Part shown: piece by piece, positions 25,268 to 35,670 of the stretch | How the letters are laid out: each line of letters starts with the position of its first letter | Numbering within the stretch: position 1 is the stretch's first letter | Program-made: the position numbers and the translations under genes | Notes under the pieces: model-generated | Seen by the model: the letters and a program-made list of their open reading frames with translations, nothing else | Databases searched by the model: none | What the model was told of the DNA's origin: nothing | Source: a virus | Taxonomy: Duplodnaviria; Caudoviricetes | Strand: one strand, 5' to 3' | DNA length: 55,102 bases | Virus record (IMG/VR): IMGVR_UViG_3300037742_000050 | Coordinates: 1-55,102 of that record

Positions 25268-26983
25268 ATGTTCGTGATCCCCACGGATCTCACCCTTTTC
25301 TCAGCGCAGGGCCTTGAAACCCTCCGCGCCACTGCCCGCGAGGAGTACACCACTCTCTTCGCCAGCGTCAGCGCTGACACCGTCACCGATGAGCAGCTTG
25401 ACCGCCTTGAGGCGTTGAAGGCGTTCGACGCGGCAGCGAAGACGCAACTCGCCACCTTCGCTGCCGCCGCTGTCGTCGCCGACGATAAGGCTGACCGGCT
25501 CGCTGCCCTGTCCACCGATGGTGAGACTGAAGCTGGCGACGAACCGGAGGCTCCAGTACCAGCACCGGTACCGGCACCGGCTGTGGTCGAGGAACCGGGT
25601 ACGACTCTTTCGATCTCCCAGATTTCTGCCAACACCGTCGTGAGCGGCGAGGTTGTTGACGCGGAAGAGGAGCGCCCGAACTACGGCGCTCTGATTGCCG
25701 CGTCGGATGTACCGAACTTCGCCACCGGACAGGAAATGACCCTCCGCGATGTCGCCGAGGCATTCCTGGTCAAGACCCGTGGCTACGGTGGCCTTGGCCC
25801 GAAGGCTGGCCAGGTGGTGCACGGCATCGCGTCGATTGCCAGGGATTATCCGGCCGAGTTCAGCGTCAACGGCACGGACGGCGACGAAGGTGTCTTCAAC
25901 GCGGTGATTCAGGAGTCCCGGCTGCCGGGCGGCTCTCTGCTCAAGGCTGCCGAGCTTCGCCGTAAGGAGATCGAGGCGAACAGCCCGAACCGTGACTCCC
26001 TTGTTGCGGCGGCCGGCTGGTGTGCCCCTTCGGAGACGCTGTACGAAGTGTGTTTCCAGGGCACCACGGACGGTCTGGTCGACGTCCCCGAGGTCCAGGC
26101 ACGTCGTGGCGGTATCCGCTACAACCAGGGCATCACGTTCGCCACGATCTACGGCGACGGTGCGGCGAACTTCTTCAACCTGACTGAGGCTGAGGTTGCT
26201 TCGGGTACTGAGAAGACGTGTATCGAGATCACCTGCCCGACGTTCACGGATGTTCGGCTGGGTGTCACCGGTATCTGCCTTACGGGCAACATCCTCACCG
26301 CACGGGCGTACCCGGAGGCGGTGGAGACGTTCACTCGGGCGGCCCTGGTGGCTCTCGCTCATAAGATCAACTTCGAGGTCATCGCGGATATGGTCGCCGG
26401 CTCAGACGCCGTCAACCTCACCGCTGCTGCCCCGTGGGTCGATGACGCCTCAGTGGTGTCGCAGGTGCTGTCCGCCGTCGACATGGCGGTCATGGACATC
26501 AAGTACCGGATGCGCCTCCAGCAGTCGGCGACCCTTGAGGTGGTCATGCCGTTCTGGATTCTCACCCAGATGCGCGCGGACTGGATTCGTCGCAACGGGG
26601 TCAACGACCTGACTCTGGCGAACTCGGCGATCATGTCCGCGTTCGCGGCCCGTGGTGCCCGCGTCCAGTTCGTTTACGACTGGCAGGACGCTTTCTCCGG
26701 TGTGGCCACCGGTCCGGGCGCCGCTGCCGAACCGACCGCGTTCCCGACGAGCCTCGTGTTCCTCGTGTACCCGGCCGGGACGTGGGTGAAGGCAGTCCAG
26801 AACGTCATCACCATCAACAGCCTCTACGACAGCACCAAGCTCGCCACGAACCAGTACACGCACCTCTTCACTGAGGATGGCTGGGCGATGGCGAAGATGT
26901 GCGGCATCTCCCGCGTCTACACCGTGGGTATCTGCCCGAGTGGTTCGACCGGTGCTCAGCGTGAGGTTGGTTGCGCCGCCTGA
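25268..26983 (+). CDS. Major capsid protein with N-terminal scaffold-like region
   Basis: LVAAAGWCAPSE motif, size, position, followed by terminator. Confidence 0.85.
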   Translation: MFVIPTDLTLFSAQGLETLRATAREEYTTLFASVSADTVTDEQLDRLEALKAFDAAAKTQLATFAAAAVVADDKADRLAALSTDGETEAGDEPEAPVPAPVPAPAVVEEPGTTLSISQISANTVVSGEVVDAEEERPNYGALIAASDVPNFATGQEMTLRDVAEAFLVKTRGYGGLGPKAGQVVHGIASIARDYPAEFSVNGTDGDEGVFNAVIQESRLPGGSLLKAAELRRKEIEANSPNRDSLVAAAGWCAPSETLYEVCFQGTTDGLVDVPEVQARRGGIRYNQGITFATIYGDGAANFFNLTEAEVASGTEKTCIEITCPTFTDVRLGVTGICLTGNILTARAYPEAVETFTRAALVALAHKINFEVIADMVAGSDAVNLTAAAPWVDDASVVSQVLSAVDMAVMDIKYRMRLQQSATLEVVMPFWILTQMRADWIRRNGVNDLTLANSAIMSAFAARGARVQFVYDWQDAFSGVATGPGAAAEPTAFPTSLVFLVYPAGTWVKAVQNVITINSLYDSTKLATNQYTHLFTEDGWAMAKMCGISRVYTVGICPSGSTGAQREVGCAA

Positions 26984-26992
26984 CCCGCGTGA

Positions 26993-27018
26993 TGGGGGGC
27001 CTCTTCGGGGGCTCCCCA
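26993..27018 (+). terminator. Stem-loop after capsid gene
   Basis: TGGGGGGCCTC-TTCG-GGGGCTCCCCA. Confidence 0.7.
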
Positions 27019-27055
27019 CACAGGTATCCAGCGACTATCCACAAAGGACTTTGAG

Positions 27056-27361
27056 ATGGCAGCAGAGATTCGAACGATCGCGACCTCGGGCAACACCGTG
27101 GTCCGGGCGGCTCCGGGCAAGGTATACGGCTACCGGTTCCAGAACACGGCAGCGCAGACCGACAACGTTGTAACCATCTACGACAACACCACGGCAACCG
27201 GGGCGAAGATCCTGAACAGTCTCACGTTCGCCACGGCGGGTGCGGCCGGCTCTGACACCGGGCTCGTCACCTTTCCGCAACCGATCCAGTTCACGGTCGG
27301 CGTTTCGGTAGGTGTCGCTGGCACTTCGCCGAACATGGTCGGAATGCTGTTGGTGGACTGA
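27056..27361 (+). CDS. Small beta-rich virion protein, paralog 1
   Basis: MAAEIRT...TIYDNTTATG; near duplicate of next gene. Confidence 0.7.
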   Translation: MAAEIRTIATSGNTVVRAAPGKVYGYRFQNTAAQTDNVVTIYDNTTATGAKILNSLTFATAGAAGSDTGLVTFPQPIQFTVGVSVGVAGTSPNMVGMLLVD

Positions 27362-27362
27362 C

Positions 27363-27659
27363 ATGGCGGCTGAGATCCGGACCACTGCGCTGACGGCGGG
27401 TGACACCGTCGTCCGGGCGGCACCGGCGACGTTGCACGGGTACTGGTTCAAGAACCTGTCCGGTACCGCTATGACCGTCACCATCTACGACAACACCACG
27501 GCAACCGGAACGAAGATTCTCACTTCGGTTCCGGTGGCAGCCACCACCGGTGACACCGGAATGGTCATGTTCCCACACCCGATCCGAATGACCGTGGGCC
27601 TTTCAGTCAACGTCGCGGGTGCCGGAACGTTGACCGTTTCATACGTTGTCGCCGACTGA
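27363..27659 (+). CDS. Small beta-rich virion protein, paralog 2
   Basis: MAAEIRT...TIYDNTTATG. Confidence 0.7.
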   Translation: MAAEIRTTALTAGDTVVRAAPATLHGYWFKNLSGTAMTVTIYDNTTATGTKILTSVPVAATTGDTGMVMFPHPIRMTVGLSVNVAGAGTLTVSYVVAD

Positions 27660-27684
27660 CCACATAGGACGAAGGGGATAGGCC

Positions 27685-28497
27685 ATGGCGGTCATCGCCA
27701 ACTCTCGGGTGCTTGTCGAGGCACCCAGCTTGACCGCGCCCCGCTATGGCCTGTTCGCGGCGGCCAATGGTCCATTTACCCTGCCGCTACATGCGAGCGG
27801 TGGCGGTATCGAGTACGAAACCGGGCTGTGCCTCCTGCCGTACGGGTACGCCATCAACTGTGCGGAACCGGGTACGAAGACCTTCGATGAGTCAATCGAC
27901 CTGGTCACCGGCGACCCGTTCGCCGTGGTCCTCGCGAAGCAGTGCACCGCTGTCGGGATGACCCCGCAACGGTGGGCCCGGTTCCTGATGGAAGGACTGA
28001 CTGCCGGGGAACAGGCTGCCGTTGAGGCGATCTTCTCCGATGAGACGTTCGACCAGGCTCCGGGTCTTGCCAACGCAGCCGGTGTAGTGACGCTGGCTGC
28101 GGCGGCGAACGTGGTGGCCGGTATCGGTGCCCTGGAGGAGTGGCTGGCTGACCTGTACGGACCGCCAGGGGTCATTCATATCCCAGCGGTAGCCGCCCAT
28201 CAGGTCCAGTCCGGTGGCGGCCTGCGCTGGGACGGCAGCCGGTGGCGGACGGCACTGGGGAACATTGTCTCCTTCGGCAACTACAAGGGCCTGACTCCTG
28301 CCGGCGCGGCCCCGGCAGCCGGGCACACGACGTTCTACATCACCGGTCAGGTGCACATCTGGCGGGCCGGGAGCGTGTTCATGACGCCATACGAAGAGGC
28401 ATTGAATCAGGCCACGAACCAGTTGTTCGGGTACGTCGAACGGGAGTACGTCGTGGCGTATGACTGCTTCGTGGCTGGCGTGGATGTGACGCTCTGA
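27685..28497 (+). CDS. Virion structural protein (capsid-associated?)
   Basis: Position after capsid gene; SD AAGGGG. Confidence 0.6.
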   Translation: MAVIANSRVLVEAPSLTAPRYGLFAAANGPFTLPLHASGGGIEYETGLCLLPYGYAINCAEPGTKTFDESIDLVTGDPFAVVLAKQCTAVGMTPQRWARFLMEGLTAGEQAAVEAIFSDETFDQAPGLANAAGVVTLAAAANVVAGIGALEEWLADLYGPPGVIHIPAVAAHQVQSGGGLRWDGSRWRTALGNIVSFGNYKGLTPAGAAPAAGHTTFYITGQVHIWRAGSVFMTPYEEALNQATNQLFGYVEREYVVAYDCFVAGVDVTL

Positions 28498-28772
28498 TGG
28501 CGACAGTGAGCCCCGAACCGGGGAAGGTCCAGGAGATCGGCCAGCAGCTTCTGGCACTGGCCAAGGACCGGCGCCGGGATGTGGTCCTTGTACAGGAGGG
28601 TCCGGCCGGGGTTTCGTTCGAGGTTACCGACGAACTGTACGAGCGGTGGCTGGGATCACGTGGCCCTAGCCGTCCACTTGAGACAGTTGACGAAGAGGAA
28701 GTCACCGTACCGCCGAGACGTGGTCCCGGCCGTCCGCGCAAGTACCAGCCTTCACCCAACGGGAGCAACTGA
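28497..28772 (+). CDS. Small protein with AT-hook-like RRGPGRPRK
   Basis: TGATG coupling on both sides. Confidence 0.65.
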   Translation: MATVSPEPGKVQEIGQQLLALAKDRRRDVVLVQEGPAGVSFEVTDELYERWLGSRGPSRPLETVDEEEVTVPPRRGPGRPRKYQPSPNGSN

Positions 28773-29695
28773 TGGCGAGTGTGTGTTTCACCCCGTTCAA
28801 GATTCCCAGGGTGCGCGTCACCAAGCTGGACTCCTGCGGGGTTGTCGTTGAGGGCGAATGTTCGTCGGTGGCTACTGACGGCATCATTACGGTTGAAATG
28901 ACGCAGGAGCTTGAGGATCGCGAAGACTTCTTCCAGAAGAACGGCGATGGCGAGTTCTGTGTCGAGGAGACTGATTCACCGAAGCTGAAGTGGATCAACC
29001 TGACGATCACCTTCTGCAACGTCGACCCGGAACTGGTCAACATCATGACCGGCTCTCCGTTGGTCATGTCCGACGCTGATGAACCTGAGGCGATCGGCTA
29101 CCGGACCCGTACCGGAACGATCTCCACGGTCAACTTCGGCTTCGAAGGCTGGAACCGGGTGACCGGTCAGGCTGCCTGTGACGGTGCCAGCGCCGCCTAC
29201 CTGTACAACCTGTGGCCGTGGGTCGTTGAAGGTCGCATGGGTGACGTGACGTACCAGAACGGTACCGCCAACTTCCAGGTGGTCGCCCGGACGCGAGGTG
29301 GCTCCCAGTGGAGCAGCGGGCCATACTACGTGTACACGTCCGAAGCCGCCGCGACGCTCGGTGATCCGGAATTCCTGCCGGACGGTCCGGTCACCTCGAC
29401 CGACCATCATCTGATGTTCAGGACGTTCATGGCGCCACCGGACTCGGCGTGCGGCTGCACGGCCATCCCACTGGTCCTGGCCGACCCTGCCATCGCCGCG
29501 CTGGAGGTCACGGTGACATTCCCGACCGGGACGTTGCCGCTGGACATCGACTGGGGGGACTCCTCCACCACGACGCACACCACCGGTCTAACGGCGGTTC
29601 ACACCTACGCCGGTGCCGGGACGTACTTGATCACGCTGATCCCTCGTACCGAGTCCAGCCAGGGCTACCAGGTTTCGGTAACCGTCGCACCCTGA
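28772..29695 (+). CDS. Major tail protein with C-terminal PKD/Ig domain
   Basis: RVTKLDSCG...FCNVDPEL; DWGD...HTYAGAGTY PKD motif. Confidence 0.8.
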   Translation: MASVCFTPFKIPRVRVTKLDSCGVVVEGECSSVATDGIITVEMTQELEDREDFFQKNGDGEFCVEETDSPKLKWINLTITFCNVDPELVNIMTGSPLVMSDADEPEAIGYRTRTGTISTVNFGFEGWNRVTGQAACDGASAAYLYNLWPWVVEGRMGDVTYQNGTANFQVVARTRGGSQWSSGPYYVYTSEAAATLGDPEFLPDGPVTSTDHHLMFRTFMAPPDSACGCTAIPLVLADPAIAALEVTVTFPTGTLPLDIDWGDSSTTTHTTGLTAVHTYAGAGTYLITLIPRTESSQGYQVSVTVAP

Positions 29696-29707
29696 TCGGA
29701 GTCGTAA

Positions 29708-30694
29708 GTGGCTCAGCTACTTGGACCGGACGCCGGCTCGCGTCTGGTGTACGTGCTCAGCGGCGGATACATCCGGTCCGCCGCTGGGCGCACGGTCACT
29801 ATGTACACCGACGCTGCCGGTACGGTCCTCGCATTGATCAACACTTACGACGGGACTGGGGTGCCGGCAGGTCTGATCGCCGGCTCCACGGTGACAGTCG
29901 ACTCGTCGTCGCAACTACCTTTGTTCTGGTTCCCGGACAGCGTCGACACCATCTATGCGAAGGTGAACCCCTCGGGTCCGGTGACGGCGATCAACGCCGA
30001 CTACGATGCCCGTCTGGACGCTGCGACCGGGGGAGTTCCTTCGGTGACCGTGGTGACGGAAACGGCGTACGGGCAGGCTTCTGCGGTTGGGGTGGCGGCG
30101 GACTTCTCGCGCGGGGACCACACCCACGGCACCCCGGCGCTACCAACCGCAGCCGACGTGGGCTTGTCCAATGTGGACAACACCTCGGACGCGAACAAGC
30201 CAATCAGTACCGCCACCCAGACGGCACTGGACACCAAGAACACGAAGCTGGTAGTCCGCCAGTCCCGACTTACCGGTGGTGACATCGCCGTACCGAACAC
30301 CGGTGGCGCCTTTGCCCTGGTCGCTGCGACCACCATCTCCATCCCGGCAGTCGTCGGTGACTACGTCGAACTCAACTTCGACATGATGCACAACCTGACC
30401 GGGAGTAACTATCAGGACTGGTGTGTCGTGGTGACTGGCGCCATTGCGCGAGCCGCATCAAGTAACACCGCCACGCCGGGTGCCGAAGGTCAGGTCGCCC
30501 TGTATCCGGGCGCCGCCTCGTTTTCCACTGCTGCCGGGCCATTCGGGTTCGTTGTGACTGGCGGCGATCTCGATGGCGGATCGGTCACCTTCCAGTTGGC
30601 GGTGAAAACGACCGGAGTGGGTACGATCTTCCGTAGTGCCACCTATCCGATGACGCTTACCGCGAGAAACTACGGCGCCGTCGACTTCGCATAA
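29708..30694 (+). CDS. Fiber-like minor virion protein
   Basis: SRGDHTHG and DVGLSNVDNTSDANKPISTATQTAL fiber motifs. Confidence 0.7.
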   Translation: MAQLLGPDAGSRLVYVLSGGYIRSAAGRTVTMYTDAAGTVLALINTYDGTGVPAGLIAGSTVTVDSSSQLPLFWFPDSVDTIYAKVNPSGPVTAINADYDARLDAATGGVPSVTVVTETAYGQASAVGVAADFSRGDHTHGTPALPTAADVGLSNVDNTSDANKPISTATQTALDTKNTKLVVRQSRLTGGDIAVPNTGGAFALVAATTISIPAVVGDYVELNFDMMHNLTGSNYQDWCVVVTGAIARAASSNTATPGAEGQVALYPGAASFSTAAGPFGFVVTGGDLDGGSVTFQLAVKTTGVGTIFRSATYPMTLTARNYGAVDFA

Positions 30695-30706
30695 CGAGGA
30701 GGGGTC

Positions 30707-31501
30707 ATGCCTGTTCCGGCTCTGCCGGGTTTCTCCGCGTCCGGCCCCTGTGACTGGATCATCGATCCAGTCTGTGGCGCGGAGTATTGGGCGACCCTTT
30801 CGCCTGCGCTGCAAACCGCCGCGACGGACTATGCGGTGTGGACATTGTGGGCGTCGACCGGTCGCCGGTACGGGGTGTGTGAACAGCTTGTCCGGCCGTG
30901 CGTCGCCCAATGCTGCGGCCCTGACCTGTGGGGCTGGTCATGGTATGAGGGCGAGTGGTATCCGTACATCCACAACGGGGAATGGTTCAACTGCGGCTGC
31001 CTGGATCTGTGCACCTGTAGCGCCACCAACGAGATCCGACTGCCCGGCCCGGTCGCCGGGATCACCGAGATCCTCGTTGACGGGGTGGTCCTGGCGCCTG
31101 GAAACTACCGGGTCGACAACGGCAACATCCTGATCCGGCTGGACGGGGAACCGTGGCCGGCGCAGGACCTGGACGTGGACTCGGGGGTTGGCTACTTCCT
31201 GGTCACCTATGACCGGGGAATTGTCGTGCCGGCTCCACTGTCGGTGGCTGCTGGTACTTTGGCCATCGAGTTCGCGAAAGCCTGCCAGGGCCAGGATTGC
31301 CGGCTGCCGGGGAGAGCTACGAACATCTCCCGGTCGGGTGTGCAGATAACCCTCCAGAACGTGGATCAGCTTCTGGAGAACGGTTTCACCGGCATCGATG
31401 AGGTGGACACCATCATCCGAGCCCTGAACCCTCACCGGCTCACCCATCGGATGCGGGTGTACACCCCGGATCTGGAAACACCGAGGACGCGCACCCTGTG
31501 A
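30707..31501 (+). CDS. Head-to-tail adaptor
   Basis: LWASTGRRYG.C...RP, LA.EFAKAC...CRLP. Confidence 0.7.
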   Translation: MPVPALPGFSASGPCDWIIDPVCGAEYWATLSPALQTAATDYAVWTLWASTGRRYGVCEQLVRPCVAQCCGPDLWGWSWYEGEWYPYIHNGEWFNCGCLDLCTCSATNEIRLPGPVAGITEILVDGVVLAPGNYRVDNGNILIRLDGEPWPAQDLDVDSGVGYFLVTYDRGIVVPAPLSVAAGTLAIEFAKACQGQDCRLPGRATNISRSGVQITLQNVDQLLENGFTGIDEVDTIIRALNPHRLTHRMRVYTPDLETPRTRTL

Positions 31502-31655
31502 CCGCAGTGATGATCCGTGGCCGGCTCGTCGTGTCCTCGCCGTTCTGCTCAGGTGACCGCGAGGACAAGAGCTTCCGGGCCCATCCGTGGCTACCCAAGG
31601 ATGCCAGGTACCGGGAGTTCTACTGCCCGGTGTGCAAGGCGATCGGTGGTATGTG

Positions 31656-32195
31656 ATGGCCGATACGTTCTTCCTGCCACATGCGCAACGACTCCTCGAC
31701 TGCCTGTGCGTGGCCATCGATGAAACACACCCGGACGAATCAAAGCCGACCTACTGCTGCATGCGGGTCGGGGAGTCCGTCGCGCAGGACGCTGGAGCCG
31801 CGCTGGACCTGTGTTGCGCAGGGCTCGCCTACGTTCGCACCGCGCTGATCTATCCCACTGGGGCCAATGACACGTTCCCTAACCCGGAGACCGATCTGGC
31901 GCTGTCCGGCTGCGGCATCCATGCGTGGGGTATGGCGATGGAAATGGGCATCATGCGGTGTGTGCCGACCGGCACGTCGCAACTTCCGCCGTCATGCGAG
32001 GAATGGAATGCCCATGCTGCTGTCGACGGCATGGACAAGGTGTCCCTCATCAAGGCGTTGTGTTGTTTCACAGAGTTCTACGACCCCGGTGACCTGTCGG
32101 TGGGCCAGTTGGCACCTTTTGGCCCCGAGGGTGGGTGTGGTGGCAACATCTTGGGTATCACTGTCATGGTGACAAATACACTGTGCTGCCCCTAA
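31656..32195 (+). CDS. Tail terminator-like Cys-rich protein
   Basis: Position; GPEGGC.G motif. Confidence 0.55.
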   Translation: MADTFFLPHAQRLLDCLCVAIDETHPDESKPTYCCMRVGESVAQDAGAALDLCCAGLAYVRTALIYPTGANDTFPNPETDLALSGCGIHAWGMAMEMGIMRCVPTGTSQLPPSCEEWNAHAAVDGMDKVSLIKALCCFTEFYDPGDLSVGQLAPFGPEGGCGGNILGITVMVTNTLCCP

Positions 32196-32205
32196 GGAGA
32201 TCGCA

Positions 32206-32496
32206 ATGGCAAAGACCGTGACGGTACGAGCGAACCGCTCGTTCAGCACCATCAACCAAGGCGACGTGTTCACTGTTGATGAGACGGACGCCCGGATGCA
32301 GGCGTTCCTGAGGTCGGGCTACCTGACCGAGGTGCAGGGCGACGAGGCGAAGGGCGCCCGGAAGATCGACGCCATGCCGGTCGATGAGCCCGAGATCGTG
32401 TGGGACGGCAAGCCGAGCAACCGTCGTGGCACCACTGTCGCTGAAGCCGCCCCGAAGGCGACGAAGGAAACCGTCGTCGCGGAGAAAGCTTCGTAA
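32206..32496 (+). CDS. Hypothetical virion-module protein
   Basis: SD AAGGAG. Confidence 0.65.
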   Translation: MAKTVTVRANRSFSTINQGDVFTVDETDARMQAFLRSGYLTEVQGDEAKGARKIDAMPVDEPEIVWDGKPSNRRGTTVAEAAPKATKETVVAEKAS

Positions 32497-32937
32497 TTGG
32501 CCCGAGTGGAACTGGACCTGAAAGAGGTCCGGAACGCGGCGATGGGCCCGGCGATCCGGTTGGTGAGCCGGGCTTCTCGTCGTGTCGAGAACGACGCGAA
32601 ACGTACCGTCCGCGTGGACACGGGCAGGCTACGCTCGTCGCTGAACACGAAGATGACGATCCGGGTATGGGTGGTGAAGGCCCGAATCGGTACCAGGGTC
32701 AAGTACGGACTGGTCGAACATGACGGGGCGAGCAAGCACCTGATCCGCGCGGTCAGGGGCCAGTACATGAAGTTCTATTGGAAGAAAGCTGGCCGGGTGG
32801 TGTGGTTCCGGACCGTCCGGCACCCAGGGACCAAGGGGTCGTTCTATCTGACCACCCCCATGATCAAGCACCTGCCGGGACTCGGGTTCCGTGTCAAACG
32901 CATCAGAACAGCGGTCGCCCGGTCCTGGCCCGATTAG
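32497..32937 (+). CDS. HK97 gp10-like neck protein
   Basis: VDTGRLRSS...Y...VEHDG...V.HPGT. Confidence 0.75.
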   Translation: MARVELDLKEVRNAAMGPAIRLVSRASRRVENDAKRTVRVDTGRLRSSLNTKMTIRVWVVKARIGTRVKYGLVEHDGASKHLIRAVRGQYMKFYWKKAGRVVWFRTVRHPGTKGSFYLTTPMIKHLPGLGFRVKRIRTAVARSWPD

Positions 32938-32946
32938 CATGACCCC

Positions 32947-33345
32947 ATGCCAAGAAAAGCCACCCCCGTAGCTGTTGCCGCCGACGAACCGGATTTCGGT
33001 GTCGCCACCATCCTTGACCGTCAGATCAAGGTGCACCGGCTCCAGCCTGACCAACTCCTCGTTGCCGACATGATGGCCCGACGACTGCAACGCCTATCGT
33101 CGGCGGCCGGGCCGGACGGGCGGGTCCTCCCGGAGAACTGGGACAAGTTCCTCAAGGGCACCCGGACACTGCTCGACTGGATCGGTAGCCAGTTCGTCGT
33201 GACTGATGACCTCGAATGGTTCGAGGAGATGATCCTCACTCGGCAACTGGACCTCAGCGCCATCGGGCCATTGATGACCGCGATGGGTAGCGAGCAGAAA
33301 CCGGCGACAAAGTCGACCAATAGTCGGGCTCGTCGTGCGAAGTGA
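32947..33345 (+). CDS. Tail assembly chaperone-like protein 1
   Basis: Position before tape measure; basic tail. Confidence 0.55.
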   Translation: MPRKATPVAVAADEPDFGVATILDRQIKVHRLQPDQLLVADMMARRLQRLSSAAGPDGRVLPENWDKFLKGTRTLLDWIGSQFVVTDDLEWFEEMILTRQLDLSAIGPLMTAMGSEQKPATKSTNSRARRAK

Positions 33346-33902
33346 CCAATAAGGACCCGATCGCCTCTCTAGCCCCGTTCGCCATCACCATCACCTTGGC
33401 AGGCCGGGACCACACCGTTCCGCCCCACACCGCGTTGGACTGGCTGAAGGTACTTCTCCAGCCGATACCGGACCTGCTGGACGTGATCCCAGGCTTCCTG
33501 GCCGTCGAGGACCAGGTGGTCATCGAGGAGATGATCGCTGAAGGTGAGTTGACCTATGCGGAAGTCATGGAAGCCGCCCACGACGTGCTCGCTGTGTCCA
33601 CCGGCCGGGACTGGTGGTTCGTGATCAAGCTCGCCACATTCGTCAGGGTGGCATGGGACAACGTCGGTGGACTGGTCGCCCGGAATCGGCTCGATGCCGC
33701 GCAGATGAGCATCGGCGCCTGGATCGATGCCGTGTTCCACATCTGCTGCGAAATCATTGCCTCCAGCGGAAAAGAGGCGAAGCAGCATCTTGTGCGGTTC
33801 ACGTCCGAGCTTGAAGCCCCTCCCCCTGGGGAGGAAGTAGAGTTTGATGAGGCAGCGGAAGCGGAGGCATTTGAACGTGCGGTTCGCATGACGCAACACT
33901 GA
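33342..33902 (+). CDS. Tail assembly chaperone-like protein 2
   Basis: GTGA overlap; immediately before tape measure. Confidence 0.55.
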   Translation: MTNKDPIASLAPFAITITLAGRDHTVPPHTALDWLKVLLQPIPDLLDVIPGFLAVEDQVVIEEMIAEGELTYAEVMEAAHDVLAVSTGRDWWFVIKLATFVRVAWDNVGGLVARNRLDAAQMSIGAWIDAVFHICCEIIASSGKEAKQHLVRFTSELEAPPPGEEVEFDEAAEAEAFERAVRMTQH

Positions 33903-33936
33903 TCAAAAGGCCCGCGCACCCCATACCATGTGGGGC

Positions 33937-35670
33937 ATGGCTCTGGGACGCGCCTTCATCGAGGTCCACGCGGACACTCGGCCATTTGCGCGTGAACTGG
34001 GGCCCCAGGTCCGAGGAATTGTCGAAGACATCGAAAAGTCCATCGACACCAACACCTCTCGGGGTGTCGGCGACCGGGTTGCCGAGAGCATCTCGGACGG
34101 GATCGAACGTAACGGCGACAATATTTCGGCGAGTATTTCCAGATCAGTGTCACGGTCCCGGAATCGGGTAAGGATCGACGCTGATGTCGACGTTGACCGG
34201 AACCGTCTCACTCGCACATTGTCCAGGGTTGGTCAGGCGGTTCAAGAAGGTGCGACGAGAGGTTTCAATGCCCTCGGTGATTCGGTAGTCAGCGCCGCTG
34301 ATGGCCTGCAAAGACTTGTCGGTGGCCTGCTGAACGTGTCGTCGGTGAGCTTGCCGGTCGCGGTGGCGATTGTCGGTATCGCCGCACTCCTCGCGCCGCT
34401 GCTGCTGTCGGCGACGGTGGCGTTGACGGGCGCGCTGGCAAACCTGATCGGGTTGGTGCCGATCCTGGTCGCGGGACTGGGCATCACGCTGGCCGCGATT
34501 CTTCCGGTGGTTGCCGCTTTCCAAGGGTTCGGTGCCGCACTTGGCGCCGTACTGGAGAAAGATCCGGAGAAGCTTGCCGAGGCACTGAAGAACCTGACCC
34601 CAGCGGCCCGTGGGGTGGTACAGGAACTGCGCGGGGTGCTGCCGTTCTTCAGTGAGCTTCGGAAGGTGTCCCAGGAGGCATTCTTCAAGCCGCTTGCCGG
34701 CGTGCTAACCAGCGTAGTAGCTGCGGTACAGGGTCCGATGCTGAATGGCTTCCGGGCTGTCGCCGACGCCGCTGGCCGGTTCATGGCGGCGATCATCTCG
34801 ATCGGGAACACGCCCGGTTTCATCAAGTTCATGAATACGATGTTCGAGGGCGCTCGAATGACGTTTCAGATTCTTGAAGGCCCGATGGTCACCTTCCTGA
34901 ACGCATTGATGAACATGATGGTCGCCGCGACGCCGTTCTTCCTCGCGCTGATCAACGGTCTTGGGAACTTCCTGACCCGGTTCTCGAACTGGATCAATGA
35001 GTCCATTGCGGACGGTTCATTTGAGGAGTTCCTCAACAAGGCACTCGCGACCCTGGGAGACATCTGGAGTCTTATCGGCGCCGTCATCGAACTGTTCGCG
35101 GTGATGTTTGCCGACACAGAGAAAGGTGGCCGTACATTCCTGCAACTGCTCACCGAAGCCATCAGGAACCTCACCGCATTTTTCGAGTCTCCGGAAGGCC
35201 AACGAGCTTTGCAGGCGATGATCGATCTGGCTGTCGTGTTCGGGATCATGCTCATAGGTGCCGCAAATGCAGCCGCATTCCTGCTGGCGCAACTGGAGCG
35301 CGTCGCCGACGTCATCAAGTGGATCTTGCGGAACATCGGTGGCGTTGACATTGACAGGGTACGCGGTGGTGTCTCCAGGCCCAGAGGGATCGTTGGCGCC
35401 CCGTTCGCCGAGGGTGGCGTCATCGACCGACCCACCTTCGCGCTGATGGGTGAAGGATTCCGGCCCGAAGCGGTCATCCCACTCACCAACCCGCAACGTG
35501 CCCAGGAGATCGCTGACGCCACCGGTCTGACCGCCATGCTCACCGGTGGTGGAGATACGTTCATCTTCTACCTTGGCGAGGAACAAATCTACGCGAGGAT
35601 GGTGCGGGTGGCACACAGCGCACTGGACAATGCGGGCCGACAGTTGGCCGCTGGGACCAGGATGACCTGA
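33937..35670 (+). CDS. Tape measure protein (about 577 aa)
   Basis: MALGRAFIEVHADT start, Ala/Leu-rich helical body, FAEGG...GE..PEAVIPL. Confidence 0.85.
   Translation: MALGRAFIEVHADTRPFARELGPQVRGIVEDIEKSIDTNTSRGVGDRVAESISDGIERNGDNISASISRSVSRSRNRVRIDADVDVDRNRLTRTLSRVGQAVQEGATRGFNALGDSVVSAADGLQRLVGGLLNVSSVSLPVAVAIVGIAALLAPLLLSATVALTGALANLIGLVPILVAGLGITLAAILPVVAAFQGFGAALGAVLEKDPEKLAEALKNLTPAARGVVQELRGVLPFFSELRKVSQEAFFKPLAGVLTSVVAAVQGPMLNGFRAVADAAGRFMAAIISIGNTPGFIKFMNTMFEGARMTFQILEGPMVTFLNALMNMMVAATPFFLALINGLGNFLTRFSNWINESIADGSFEEFLNKALATLGDIWSLIGAVIELFAVMFADTEKGGRTFLQLLTEAIRNLTAFFESPEGQRALQAMIDLAVVFGIMLIGAANAAAFLLAQLERVADVIKWILRNIGGVDIDRVRGGVSRPRGIVGAPFAEGGVIDRPTFALMGEGFRPEAVIPLTNPQRAQEIADATGLTAMLTGGGDTFIFYLGEEQIYARMVRVAHSALDNAGRQLAAGTRMT

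Noticed and set aside
20539-26362. Long antisense ORFs (e.g. 20539-21540, 25301-26362)
   Set aside because: Shadow frames of high-GC genes on the opposite strand; no motifs
27056-27659. Diversity-generating retroelement template/variable repeats
   Set aside because: No reverse transcriptase; differences are not adenine-specific; both copies are intact genes
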